Positions 9,627-18,994 of a DNA stretch of 64,000 bases are shown piece by piece. The DNA is from Gemmatimonadaceae bacterium (lineage in GTDB: Bacteria; Gemmatimonadota; Gemmatimonadetes; Gemmatimonadales; Gemmatimonadaceae): the NCBI GenBank assembly GCA_045803545.1, contig JBJMOW010000006.1:128001-192000 (forward strand), written 5' to 3'. Made by a program: the position numbers and the translations under genes. How positions within the stretch are numbered: the first letter of the stretch is position 1; each line of letters begins with the position of its first letter. A model generated the notes under the pieces. That model was given only the letters and a program-made list of their open reading frames with translations. It made no database searches and was not told the origin of the DNA.

Positions 9627-11774
9627 TTACCTGTCGCTCGGATAAGGGCGCGGCTGCGGCCACGGTCGTGGCCACGGTCCCGTCGCGTGTCCGCCTGCTA
9701 ACGCTTTCACAGCAATGGTTCTGATCTCCGGATCCTTCGACTCCAGCAGCGATTTCAGCGCGTCAACCGACTTTTCGCCAGTTGCCGCAAGTGCGCGGAT
9801 GTATGCGATCTGCAGCTCTTTGTTCTGTTCTCTGCTCATCGCTGCCTCGAGACCAGGGATTGCCGCCGGATCTTCGATTTCGTACAGCGCCCAGGCCGCG
9901 GTCTCACGGGTCTCGGCATCGCTGTCCTTGAGCAGGTTGATCAACGCTGGAGGCGCCTGCTTGAGATCGAGATTGCCCAGCGCCCACGCTGCACGCTTCC
10001 GCATCTCGGAGCTCGGATCCGACAACGACTGAGCGAGCGCGTCTGCAGCGTTGCGGTTTCCAACGCTCCCGAGCGCCCACGCCGCGGTAAGCTTGACCTG
10101 GGTGTCTGAATCGCGCAGGCCGGCTATCAACGCTTCCGTTGCAACCGCCGAATGATCGCCCTCAGCCAGCGACCACGCCGACATCTCTCTTACTCTCGCA
10201 TCGCGATCGGTGCGCAGCGCTTTAGCAAGCGCTTCTGCAGCATCCTGACGATCGGCGTACTCGGACAATCCCCACGCTGCAATCCGGCGCAGGTTGGCGT
10301 CAGCGTCCGTCGTCAAAATCTTCGCGAGCAGCACCGGACGTTCATCGGTGTCGCTCTTCGCGCCCTGGGTATTGAGGAGGTTGAGTAGAGCCGTCTGGCC
10401 CGCACTCATACCAGCCTTCACGCCCTGCTCTACGACGTAGTTGAGGGACATCTGGGTCTGAGTGTTAGTCGTTCGCGCCGTTTGCGTACTCGTCGCCTGT
10501 GAAGAACTTTGGCTGGTCGACTGCGCCGCCGCTCTCGCAGCTGCTTCGGCGCTTGCTTCCTTCCCGAAGGACTTCTCCATCTTCCTCTCGAGACGTGGAT
10601 CCGGGTACGCGCGATCGACGACGTTCTGATTAGCCATGTCGAGATCGCTCGCGGCGGGAGCAACGGTTGCTGCTGGCGTTTGTTGACGGGGAGCTGGCGC
10701 AGCGGCACCGACCACGATCGAGATCAACGCCAGCGATCCAATCAACGCAGCCGACTGCTTGCGGCTCGGACTCGAGTGACGAAGGTCCGGATCGAGAATC
10801 GCCAACATGCGACCTTCGAATTCCTTGCGGCGCGCCATCGCCAGTGCAACCGACGGCGTCGCGTCACGCTTCACGCTGGTGACGATATCGAGCAGATGTT
10901 CGGCGTAGTCAGTCGCGCGCGCCCCGCATGCAAGCGCGAGATCATCGCACGCGCGCTCGCTCTCTGAGCGGAGCTGCTTGGCGGCAGTCCACACCAGTGG
11001 ATGGAACCAGTAGAACGCACAGGCCAAACGCCCGAGTGTGTGCCCAACCAGATCGTGACGCCGAACGTGCGCCAGCTCGTGCAGCAATACCGCGCGACGG
11101 CGATCGAGCGTCCAGGTGTCGCATTCGGCCGGGAGTACTATAGTCGGAGTGAGCACGCCACAGGCAAAAGGCATCTTGGTGTCTTCGCTGCGCAGCAATC
11201 GCGGAGGCTCTTCGAGCGCGAGCCGGTCCGAGACTTCGTACAGCGGGTTCATCCAATCTTCAGTCGTCAGCGGGCGTGCGCGATTGACAATGCGCTTCAC
11301 CAGCATTGCTGCGTAGCCGAGCGATGCGGCGATCACTACGACCACGATCGCCCAGATCGAGACGAGCAGCGATAGGCCACTCAGAATGGGCGAGCCTGCA
11401 ACTTCGCTTTCGATTGAAGCCGGGGTTGAAAGATGGTTGCCCGACGCATTCCCATTGATGACGACCGGCGTCTGTTTGTCGACCTTTGATGCTGACTGTG
11501 TCTCGTTGAACGACGGTGGCTGAATGTTTGGAGACGCTTTCTCAGCCGGGAGAATGCGGATAGGAATCGGCGCCCACGCAGTCAGTGCGGGAACCAGCAG
11601 CAGCGTGGCGAGTGTGACGAGCCATACCAGGTGACGCGCGCCAGCAGAGGCCCGCTGCATGGAAAGCGTGATACCGAGTGCAACAACGAGAATGAGCGTA
11701 GCCTTGATCAGCAGCGCCGCCATTGAGAGACTGGTGCCGCTGAACTCAAAGCCGGACAGGATGTTGGAGAGCAT
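9627..11774 (-). CDS. BlaR1/M56 family metallopeptidase with C-terminal HEAT repeats
   Basis: N-terminal TM helices, HELAH zinc motif, WFHPLVW, SERACDD; HEAT repeats; tail GPWPRPWPQPRPYP. Confidence 0.92.
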   Translation of the reverse strand: MLSNILSGFEFSGTSLSMAALLIKATLILVVALGITLSMQRASAGARHLVWLVTLATLLLVPALTAWAPIPIRILPAEKASPNIQPPSFNETQSASKVDKQTPVVINGNASGNHLSTPASIESEVAGSPILSGLSLLVSIWAIVVVVIAASLGYAAMLVKRIVNRARPLTTEDWMNPLYEVSDRLALEEPPRLLRSEDTKMPFACGVLTPTIVLPAECDTWTLDRRRAVLLHELAHVRRHDLVGHTLGRLACAFYWFHPLVWTAAKQLRSESERACDDLALACGARATDYAEHLLDIVTSVKRDATPSVALAMARRKEFEGRMLAILDPDLRHSSPSRKQSAALIGSLALISIVVGAAAPAPRQQTPAATVAPAASDLDMANQNVVDRAYPDPRLERKMEKSFGKEASAEAAARAAAQSTSQSSSQATSTQTARTTNTQTQMSLNYVVEQGVKAGMSAGQTALLNLLNTQGAKSDTDERPVLLAKILTTDADANLRRIAAWGLSEYADRQDAAEALAKALRTDRDARVREMSAWSLAEGDHSAVATEALIAGLRDSDTQVKLTAAWALGSVGNRNAADALAQSLSDPSSEMRKRAAWALGNLDLKQAPPALINLLKDSDAETRETAAWALYEIEDPAAIPGLEAAMSREQNKELQIAYIRALAATGEKSVDALKSLLESKDPEIRTIAVKALAGGHATGPWPRPWPQPRPYPSDR

Positions 11775-11779
11775 TGGTG

Positions 11780-12199
11780 TTATCTCCCGCTTTGACGAGC
11801 ACGCCCGATGATGGCGCGCAATCTCTTGACGTCCGAATCACTCATCTCAGCATCCGACATCCGAAGCAAAGCAGTCATTGCCTGCTCCGGCGAGTCGCCG
11901 AAGTACGTGCGGACCACGTGCGCGAGAACATCTTCGCGTGCCATCTCGGTCGACTGTGCCGGATAGTAGATGTAGCGGGGACCATCCTCACGATGCTTGA
12001 TCAGACCCTTCTCGCCGAGGATGCGAAGCACGGATCGCACGGCAGAATAGGTTGGCGGATCGGGAAGGTCGGCCATGATCTCGGCGACGGTGGCGCCGGT
12101 GCGGCGATGGAGGATGTCCATCACCTGGCTTTCGCGTCGCGAAAGCGCGGATGGAATTGCAGAGGCTTCTTCTTTTTTGGGCATCAGCGTAGCAGCCAT
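11780..12199 (-). CDS. BlaI/MecI/CopY family transcriptional repressor (BlaI-1)
   Basis: LSRRESQVMDIL..TYSAVRSVLRILGEKG..YIYYP; directly upstream of an M56 gene. Confidence 0.93.
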   Translation of the reverse strand: MAATLMPKKEEASAIPSALSRRESQVMDILHRRTGATVAEIMADLPDPPTYSAVRSVLRILGEKGLIKHREDGPRYIYYPAQSTEMAREDVLAHVVRTYFGDSPEQAMTALLRMSDAEMSDSDVKRLRAIIGRARQSGR

Positions 12200-12236
12200 G
12201 GGAAATCACCAGGGATTCAGAGAATCCCATAAAGGT

Positions 12237-12286
12237 GTTGAAAAATCAACCGTGCTGAATTTTCAACAGTCCTACGGCTTTGTCAA
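12237..12286 (-). promoter_or_regulatory. blaI-1 promoter region with two GTTGA-N4-TCARC operators
   Basis: GTTGA-AAAA-TCAAC (12237-12250), GCTGA-ATTT-TCAAC (12254-12267), and a minus-strand TTGACA at 12281-12286. Confidence 0.7.
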
Positions 12287-12296
12287 TAGCGAAGTT

Positions 12297-14615
12297 TCAG
12301 GAGCCCTTTCTGAGCACGATGTCGCCGTTCACTGTATTGACTCGAATCAGCGGTCCACCGCTCCCAACCTGTTGGCGCACACGGACATAGCGTCGCGGCG
12401 TCCCGTGACTCGTATCCCAGTTGTTCGTTTCGGTAACCGTCAGCGGCCAGTCGCTGATGATGCGAGTCTTGTCGCGGAAATTGTCCGTGTAGGCGGTCTC
12501 GAGCTCAAGGTTCGCATTTAAATCATCGGGCACCGTGATCACCACTCGCCCGGTTCCGGATGTCACATCGACCGAGCCAGCACCGCGAAAATCGATCGCC
12601 ACGCTGCCGGCGCCGGTGTGAGCTTCAACCGATCCGCGAGCCGGACCGATCTCGATGTCACCGCCGCCAGTCTCGGCGTATACGGCACCGCCTGAAGGTC
12701 CGATGGTGACCTTGCCGCCGCCGGTGGTGACGTGGGCGCCGTTCGGCGCAAATGGAAGCTTGAGTGAGCCGCCGGCAGCAGACATTCTGATGGGCCCGCC
12801 AGTCGCAACGGCGTAGCCAGTAGTATCGCCGTCGACAGTCGCCATCGCCGCCGCACCCTCGCCGGTGCCGTAGCCGTAGCCTTTACCAGCGCCGCTCGCA
12901 TCGGTGTAGATCACCGGCCCGCTACCGGACGAACCTTTAAAGTGACCTTTGACGCCGATGATGCGAACGAGTCCGCCACCGGTGCTGACGTTCCCTTCGA
13001 GGTTGGAATCGTCGACGTACACTTCCCCGCCACCGGTGCTCAGGTCCACGCGGCCGTTGACCTTGTGGAGTTTGATATTGCCGCCGCCGGTGCTGCCACG
13101 GAATTCGCCGCTGGTGTTGGAGATGTCGATCGATCCGCCGGATGACTTGATCCGAACGTTGATCTCGCGTGGCAACTTGATGTCGAAGTCGTGACTGCTG
13201 CTCTGATTTCGCGAGAAGCGGCTGAAATCACTCGACAGAGTGGCGTCGCCACCCGAACGCTCGAGCGTGACGCGCGTGTCGCGCCAGCTGCTCCCACTCA
13301 AACGCGCATCGACTAAGACTTCTGGCTTGTCCCAGCTCTCGATCGTTATTCCGCCGCCCGTTTTCAGATCGATGTAGAGCGTACCGCCCGAGCGTATCGG
13401 CGCCGAGAGAGTGAATGTCGAATCGAAAACTCTTTTAGAATCGCGTCCGACTTTTTCTATGTCGTTGGCCTTTTCGGGAGTCGCGATCAGCGGATTCGGC
13501 GCGTCAACCGGCGTGGCAGAAATTTTGGGGGCGGCACTCACCGTTGGCTTTGCGGCTGCCTTGCGCTCAACCGGTCGGAATGCTGCGAGCGGTAACACCA
13601 CCAATAAAGAAATCGCGGCTGCAACCCATCTCGCCGTTCGGGAGGCCGCGACCCTCTCGCGGGATTCGTTCAGCACGGCGAGCAGTCGTCCCTCGAGCTG
13701 TGATGGTCGCGCCATCGCTACCGACAGGAAGCCGGGCGCACCGAATGCGCGGGCGGATCTCGCTACCTCGAGCAAATGCGACGCGTAATCCGCCGCCGGC
13801 GTGCCCAGCGAAACCACACGATCATCGCACGCGCGCTCACACTCTGCGCGCAACCTGCGTTCGAGCATCCAGACAAGCGGATGGAACCAGTAAATCGCGC
13901 AGACGAAGCCGGCTAGCAGCTGCGACAGAGAATCCGCTCGGGAGATGTGCGCCATCTCGTGGCGAAGCACCACCCGACGATGGTCCTCAGACCAGTCGAG
14001 TGCATCGTCGGGCAACAGGATCACGGGATCCAGGGTGCCCCAGGTGAGGGGCGTGCTGACGAACGAGCTGGTCGATAACCGTACGCTGCGCGTTACGTCT
14101 GCTTCGATGCGGACTGCGTCGAGAAGCCTCTGCCACTCCGGTTGGCTGAGTGGCCAGGCCTCGCGTGCAATCTTACGCAAGCGGAGACGGCCGATCGCGA
14201 GCCAGGAAAGCACCGCGAACAAACCGATCGCCCACGCGAGAACGGGGACGGCGTCAAGATTCAGTCGCGTCGGATTGCTGGTGACGCCGCCGGCGGCGAA
14301 TCGCGCACCGCTGTTGGCGTCATTCGTCGATATGTTGGCCGGCGCGGAGGGAACGGCGGTTGAAGAGGAGCGTTGGTCCCCGATGGCCGCTGCGACGTTT
14401 GGTATGAGCGCGGCACTCGACTGCGGCAGCACCCCAACTTCCCAGCGCGGCGAGATCAGCATCAGCGCGGGCAACGTTAGCCCACAAACGAGGGTCGCCA
14501 GCAACACGAGATGCCGGACCGAAGATGAAACGCGTCGCATGGCCGCAGCGACCACGAGGCCTGCGCCAAAGATGAGAGTCACCTTGATCAGCAACCCAGG
14601 AATGAACGCGGTCAT
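12297..14615 (-). CDS. BlaR1/M56 family metallopeptidase with C-terminal DUF4097-like (beta-helix/adhesin) repeats
   Basis: HEMAH, WFHPLVW, CERACDD; repeated xTGGGxI units in the C-terminal half. Confidence 0.9.
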   Translation of the reverse strand: MTAFIPGLLIKVTLIFGAGLVVAAAMRRVSSSVRHLVLLATLVCGLTLPALMLISPRWEVGVLPQSSAALIPNVAAAIGDQRSSSTAVPSAPANISTNDANSGARFAAGGVTSNPTRLNLDAVPVLAWAIGLFAVLSWLAIGRLRLRKIAREAWPLSQPEWQRLLDAVRIEADVTRSVRLSTSSFVSTPLTWGTLDPVILLPDDALDWSEDHRRVVLRHEMAHISRADSLSQLLAGFVCAIYWFHPLVWMLERRLRAECERACDDRVVSLGTPAADYASHLLEVARSARAFGAPGFLSVAMARPSQLEGRLLAVLNESRERVAASRTARWVAAAISLLVVLPLAAFRPVERKAAAKPTVSAAPKISATPVDAPNPLIATPEKANDIEKVGRDSKRVFDSTFTLSAPIRSGGTLYIDLKTGGGITIESWDKPEVLVDARLSGSSWRDTRVTLERSGGDATLSSDFSRFSRNQSSSHDFDIKLPREINVRIKSSGGSIDISNTSGEFRGSTGGGNIKLHKVNGRVDLSTGGGEVYVDDSNLEGNVSTGGGLVRIIGVKGHFKGSSGSGPVIYTDASGAGKGYGYGTGEGAAAMATVDGDTTGYAVATGGPIRMSAAGGSLKLPFAPNGAHVTTGGGKVTIGPSGGAVYAETGGGDIEIGPARGSVEAHTGAGSVAIDFRGAGSVDVTSGTGRVVITVPDDLNANLELETAYTDNFRDKTRIISDWPLTVTETNNWDTSHGTPRRYVRVRQQVGSGGPLIRVNTVNGDIVLRKGS

Positions 14616-15037
14616 GCTGCACCTCCCTTGCTTCGCGCGCGCTCGATCAGGCGCTCGAGCTCGTCCAAATCTTCGTTAGTTAGATGGTCCTCGTACATAC
14701 CCACCATCGCTGCCACCGCGGAGCTGGCCGAGTCGTCGAAGAAGGTTCGCACGAGGTGGCGCATAGCGGACATGCTGACCCGATCGGGATCCACTGTCGG
14801 ATGGTAGACATAGCGGGGACCATCCTGCTCGTGCCGGAGGTGGCCTTTACTCTCCAGCCAGCGAAGCATGCCTCTGACTGCGGTATAGGTCGGTGGATCG
14901 GGAAGATCGGCGAGAACGTCGGCGGCGCTAGCCCGACCGCGACGGTAAACGATCTCCATTATCTGACGCTCTCGGCGTCCCAGCTGCTCCAATCCACGCT
15001 TTTGCATCGCGGCTCCGTCCGGTGACTGTTGCGCCAC
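14612..15037 (-). CDS. BlaI/MecI/CopY family transcriptional repressor (BlaI-2)
   Basis: LGRRERQIMEIV..TYTAVRGMLRWLESKG; ATGA overlap with the M56 start. Confidence 0.93.
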   Translation of the reverse strand: MAQQSPDGAAMQKRGLEQLGRRERQIMEIVYRRGRASAADVLADLPDPPTYTAVRGMLRWLESKGHLRHEQDGPRYVYHPTVDPDRVSMSAMRHLVRTFFDDSASSAVAAMVGMYEDHLTNEDLDELERLIERARSKGGAA

Positions 15038-15049
15038 TGGAGGGCCAAG

Positions 15050-15086
15050 ATGTCAATAGGTTGACATACTGTCAATAGGCTGGCAC
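15050..15086. promoter_or_regulatory. blaI-2 operators TGTCAA-N4-TTGACA (one perfect, one degenerate) overlapping a -35 box
   Basis: ATGTCAA-TAGG-TTGACAT (15050-15067); second copy TGTCAA-TAGG-CTGGCA (15070-15085). Confidence 0.7.
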
Positions 15087-15117
15087 GAGTCCAAGGTTGA
15101 CGAGGTTATCCGAGGCC

Positions 15118-18012
15118 TTAGTCTCTTCCAATTCGTCGAGGGTCGGGCTTTACCGCGAACGGCTGGCTGTAGGTTTTCGCATTTACAGTCAGCCGCGCTG
15201 TAAAGTTGCCGACGTAGCGCCGGTCCAGCGGCCCGCCCTCGTCAGCAGGCGGCGCCCCGCGCGGGCGCTCTCGCAAGGGGTTCCAGACAACCCGATGCAT
15301 CCCGGCGGATGTCGGCAGCGGCTCAGGCGACGTCTGCCAGAGCGGCGAAACTCGAGGCAGCGCGTTCGATGCCTGACGCGGATCTCCGGCTGTCGACTGC
15401 GCAGCCGCGACGCTCGAGAAAGTGCGAATGACTTTGCCCGCGTCATCCAGGATCTCGACGGTGACCGGTGTCGTCGCGGCGCGCTTCAGGTAGTAGTCGA
15501 TCGCCGCACCATCGGGCAGGTTTTCAGCCTGCGGCTCGTCTTTTTGCAGCGGTGTGCCGTTATCGGTGCCTTCGATGTAATTGATCGCGTCGGCCGGCTT
15601 GAACAGGTATGCGTCCCCCCGTGTCACGGCGTCGGTCAGCTGACGCAAAGGAGAGACGTCGTCGATGATCCAGAATCCGCGGCCGTGCGTCGCGACGATC
15701 AGATCGTTGCCATAGAACTCAAAGTCGCGCATCGACGTCACCGGCATGTTGAGCTGCAGCGGCTGCCAGTTGTCACCATCGTCGAACGAGACGTGAATTC
15801 CGCGCTCCGTTCCCGCGACCAGCAGCCCTCGGTGCTGAGGATCCTCCTTCACCACGTGCACATAGACCCCTGCCGGCAATCCTTTGGTGATTTTCTGCCA
15901 GCTGCGACCCATATCGCTTGTTCTATAGATGTAGGGATCGAAATCCTGCAACTGGTGGCGATCGACGCTGGCGTACGCCGTATTAACGTCGAAGTGGGAT
16001 GCCTCCAGCATCGTAATCCTGCTCCACGGCGCAATTGCGTTTGGCGTCACGTTTTGCCAGTTCACGCCGCCATTCGATGTCACGTGGATCAGACCGTCGT
16101 CGGTTCCGGCCCAAATCGCAGGTGCGCTGAGTGGCGAAGGTGAAATCGTGTAAACGACACCTCGCTTGCCATTCCGATCCGTTGCGTTGGCAGCGGTCTC
16201 GTCGAGCGTCGGCGGCACCACGATCTCGCGACGGGTGAGATCAGGGCTGATTTGCGCCCAGGTCTTCGCGCCGTCGCTCGTTCTGAACACGAACTGATTC
16301 GCGTAATAGAGGTCCTGTTTGTTCGCCTTCGAGAACACCAGCGGCTGGGTCCAGTCGCTGCGTGCCGGCTCTGGTGACTCAGGCCTTGTTGTCGATTCGT
16401 CGGGAACGTTGGTCTCGAGATTCCACCGCTGGCCATCCCCACCATAGACGATGCCAGGATTTAGCGGATCGCCGGCCGTGTACCCGCTCTCACCACCCGG
16501 AGCGATGGGCTCCCAGTCGTGCATCGAGATCTCGGCGAATTTTCCGCGTGAGCGCACTGCGATCGCGCCCGAGTCCTGTTGCGCGCCAGTCACCCAGTAC
16601 GGAAAGCGATAATCGATCGAGAGATGATAGATCTGCGCTGTCGGCTGATTGAGCCACGATGTCCACGTAACGTCGCGCGGGTCCCGTGAGCGCGCGTTGC
16701 GCGTGATGATCGCGCCCTGATCGCTCGCCACGATCATCGTGTTCGGATCGTTTGGCGAAATCCACGGCTGATGATAATCATCGCCGCCAGGCGATCCGCG
16801 CAGCACCGCCCATGTCTTGCCGCCGTCCATCGTGCGGTTCACGGCCACGTTCGGCACGTACACTGTGTCGGCGTCGCTCGGATCGACAGTAATTTTCTCG
16901 AAATACCAGCCGCGTCCCCAGAGTGCGGGATCGTTGGACAGTCGCGTCCACGTCGCACCAGCGTCGTCGGAGCGAAAGAATCCGCCCTGCCCGGGAGGAG
17001 GCGATGATGGGCGCGCACCGGCTGCCGAGGGCGTAGGAACCGGAGTGCCGAGTGGTGGCTCGGTCTGCGGCGGCGTCTCGGGCACCAGACAATCGACGAT
17101 TGCATACACGCGATTGGGGTTGGCTGCAGCCACCGCAATGCCGGTGCGCCCGATTCCTTCCCTCGGCAGCCCATTGGTGAGCCGGGTCCACGTCGTCCCG
17201 CCGTCCATTGATTTGAAGATTCCACCGCCCGGACCATTGGTCGGCGCGTAGGTGAACCAGGGTGGGCGGCGTGTGTTCCAGAGGCCAGCGTAGACGATTT
17301 GCGAGTTCGAAGGGTCGAAAACGACTTCGACCGCGCCGACGTTGTCGTCACCGAGAACCTTTTGCCAGCTGCGACCGCCATCGCGAGAGCGGAAGAGCCC
17401 GCGCTCCGGATTGGCCGCGTAAAGTTTTCCGATGGCCGCTACGAAGACGTTGTTTGGATTGCGCGGATCGATCGCGATCTTACCGATGTGGTGCGTCTCG
17501 TCGAGTCCGAGGTGCGTCCAGGTTTTTCCAGCGTCGGTGGACTTGTAGACTCCGTTTCCATAACCCACTGAGTCGCGGAGTGTAGACTCGCCGCTGCCGA
17601 CGTAAACGGTGTCGGGTGAGCTCGGCGCGACCGCGATCGCTCCGATCGACGCTGTCGATTGGCCATCGAAAACGGGCAGCCAGATGCGTCCACCGTCGAT
17701 GGTCTTCCAGACGCCCCCGTTGACGGCGCCGAAGTAGAACTCGTTAAGCCGCCCCGGAACTCCGGTGGCAGCAGCGACGCGCCCACCGCGGAACGGTCCG
17801 ATCATCCGCCAGCGCAGGCCGGAGAATAGACCTTCCGCGACGGGCGACGAAAGAATGCGCGCCGATGTCGCTACATCTTCTCGATGCGTCGCAGCAATTA
17901 GCGATCGATCGAGACCGAGCGGGAAAAGCGAAAATGAAAAACCGGCGGCGGACACGCGGGAAACGAAGGCCCGGCGCGTCCACCTATCGTCGGACCGGTC
18001 GTTCTCGCCCAC
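15118..18012 (-). CDS. VPS10/BNR (Asp-box) beta-propeller glycosyl-hydrolase-like protein, Tat signal
   Basis: TRRAF twin-arginine motif, WRMIGPFRGGR, many S.DGG.TW Asp-boxes. Confidence 0.88.
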   Translation of the reverse strand: MGENDRSDDRWTRRAFVSRVSAAGFSFSLFPLGLDRSLIAATHREDVATSARILSSPVAEGLFSGLRWRMIGPFRGGRVAAATGVPGRLNEFYFGAVNGGVWKTIDGGRIWLPVFDGQSTASIGAIAVAPSSPDTVYVGSGESTLRDSVGYGNGVYKSTDAGKTWTHLGLDETHHIGKIAIDPRNPNNVFVAAIGKLYAANPERGLFRSRDGGRSWQKVLGDDNVGAVEVVFDPSNSQIVYAGLWNTRRPPWFTYAPTNGPGGGIFKSMDGGTTWTRLTNGLPREGIGRTGIAVAAANPNRVYAIVDCLVPETPPQTEPPLGTPVPTPSAAGARPSSPPPGQGGFFRSDDAGATWTRLSNDPALWGRGWYFEKITVDPSDADTVYVPNVAVNRTMDGGKTWAVLRGSPGGDDYHQPWISPNDPNTMIVASDQGAIITRNARSRDPRDVTWTSWLNQPTAQIYHLSIDYRFPYWVTGAQQDSGAIAVRSRGKFAEISMHDWEPIAPGGESGYTAGDPLNPGIVYGGDGQRWNLETNVPDESTTRPESPEPARSDWTQPLVFSKANKQDLYYANQFVFRTSDGAKTWAQISPDLTRREIVVPPTLDETAANATDRNGKRGVVYTISPSPLSAPAIWAGTDDGLIHVTSNGGVNWQNVTPNAIAPWSRITMLEASHFDVNTAYASVDRHQLQDFDPYIYRTSDMGRSWQKITKGLPAGVYVHVVKEDPQHRGLLVAGTERGIHVSFDDGDNWQPLQLNMPVTSMRDFEFYGNDLIVATHGRGFWIIDDVSPLRQLTDAVTRGDAYLFKPADAINYIEGTDNGTPLQKDEPQAENLPDGAAIDYYLKRAATTPVTVEILDDAGKVIRTFSSVAAAQSTAGDPRQASNALPRVSPLWQTSPEPLPTSAGMHRVVWNPLRERPRGAPPADEGGPLDRRYVGNFTARLTVNAKTYSQPFAVKPDPRRIGRD

Positions 18013-18854
18013 TACGGAAGCGTCAGGTAATTGCCGAGGAAGCCGCGCGCTTCAGGCGTGTCGAGTCGCCAATCCCAGGTCGTCGCGCGGCAGTTGTAAT
18101 CACCCGTCGTAACGGTCGCGAGGATCATCGTGGTGTTGCCATCGATGAACTTCGGTCCGCCCGAGTCTCCGTAGCAGTCACCACCTAATCCGGTTGCGTT
18201 GGTGTTCATGAGCAAGCCGAGCCACGTCGGCTGGAGGCCCATGAACTCAGACTTCGAATAGCTGCGCTTGCCGTCGTAAGGAAAACCGGGCTTCCCGGTA
18301 AGAGTCGCCGATGTGCCGTAGCCGACGTTGATGAATGTAAGGCTGTTGATGACTCCGCTTGCCTTCAGCTTGTCGAGATAGCCTGCCGGCGGCAGCTGCA
18401 GCGGCGTGATTCCGCGGGTCGAATTTTTTGGCAGGAAGACTACTGCCAGATCGTGGAGGTTTGCCTGATCGTGGCCGTACTGCGGATCCCACACGTATCC
18501 AGTCGCCTTGATGTAGCTGAAGGATTTCGAGTACAGGTCGGGAGAGAACGAGACATAGAACTGAGTACCAGCGGGCGTAATCGGATCGGGCGCGACACAG
18601 TGAGCCGCCGTCAGGAAAATCGTTGGCGTGACCAAACTTCCGGTGCAAAGCTCGTCGTCGCCGTTAATGACGCCGTTCTGGTCGTAGTCGATCAGCAGCG
18701 CGCCAACATTGCCGTAAGAGTTGCCAGTCGGTTGACCGTTCACGATGAATGCTGCAGTAGCCGGAGCTGTTACGCGGTTCGCTGCATCGGTGCACGCGGT
18801 GGACGCGAGTGCAATTGCGACGGTGGCAAATCGAAGGATCGATAGGCGGCGCAT
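18012..18854 (-). CDS. S1 (trypsin-like) serine protease, lipoprotein
   Basis: Catalytic motifs LTAAHC, DLAV, GDSGGP; lipobox STAC. Confidence 0.9.
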   Translation of the reverse strand: MRRLSILRFATVAIALASTACTDAANRVTAPATAAFIVNGQPTGNSYGNVGALLIDYDQNGVINGDDELCTGSLVTPTIFLTAAHCVAPDPITPAGTQFYVSFSPDLYSKSFSYIKATGYVWDPQYGHDQANLHDLAVVFLPKNSTRGITPLQLPPAGYLDKLKASGVINSLTFINVGYGTSATLTGKPGFPYDGKRSYSKSEFMGLQPTWLGLLMNTNATGLGGDCYGDSGGPKFIDGNTTMILATVTTGDYNCRATTWDWRLDTPEARGFLGNYLTLP

Positions 18855-18994
18855 AGACTTCCTCGGAGGGTGGGATAAACGGATGCCTAGACTATATCCA
18901 GTTCAGTCTTTTGGCAAACGCGATTTCTCGTGAGCAGCAAGTGCGTGTATCGCTCGCGCGTTGCCGTCCCACTCGGTTTCGCCAGCCCACCCGG

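Noticed and set aside
9532..9675. N-terminal extension of the HEAT protein
   Set aside because: It crosses a terminator and an operator; ATG 9531 has an SD and starts a signal peptide.
9627..15037. Beta-lactam resistance regulation (BlaR1/BlaI proper)
   Set aside because: The sensor domains are HEAT and DUF4097-like rather than penicillin-binding, and there is no beta-lactamase nearby.
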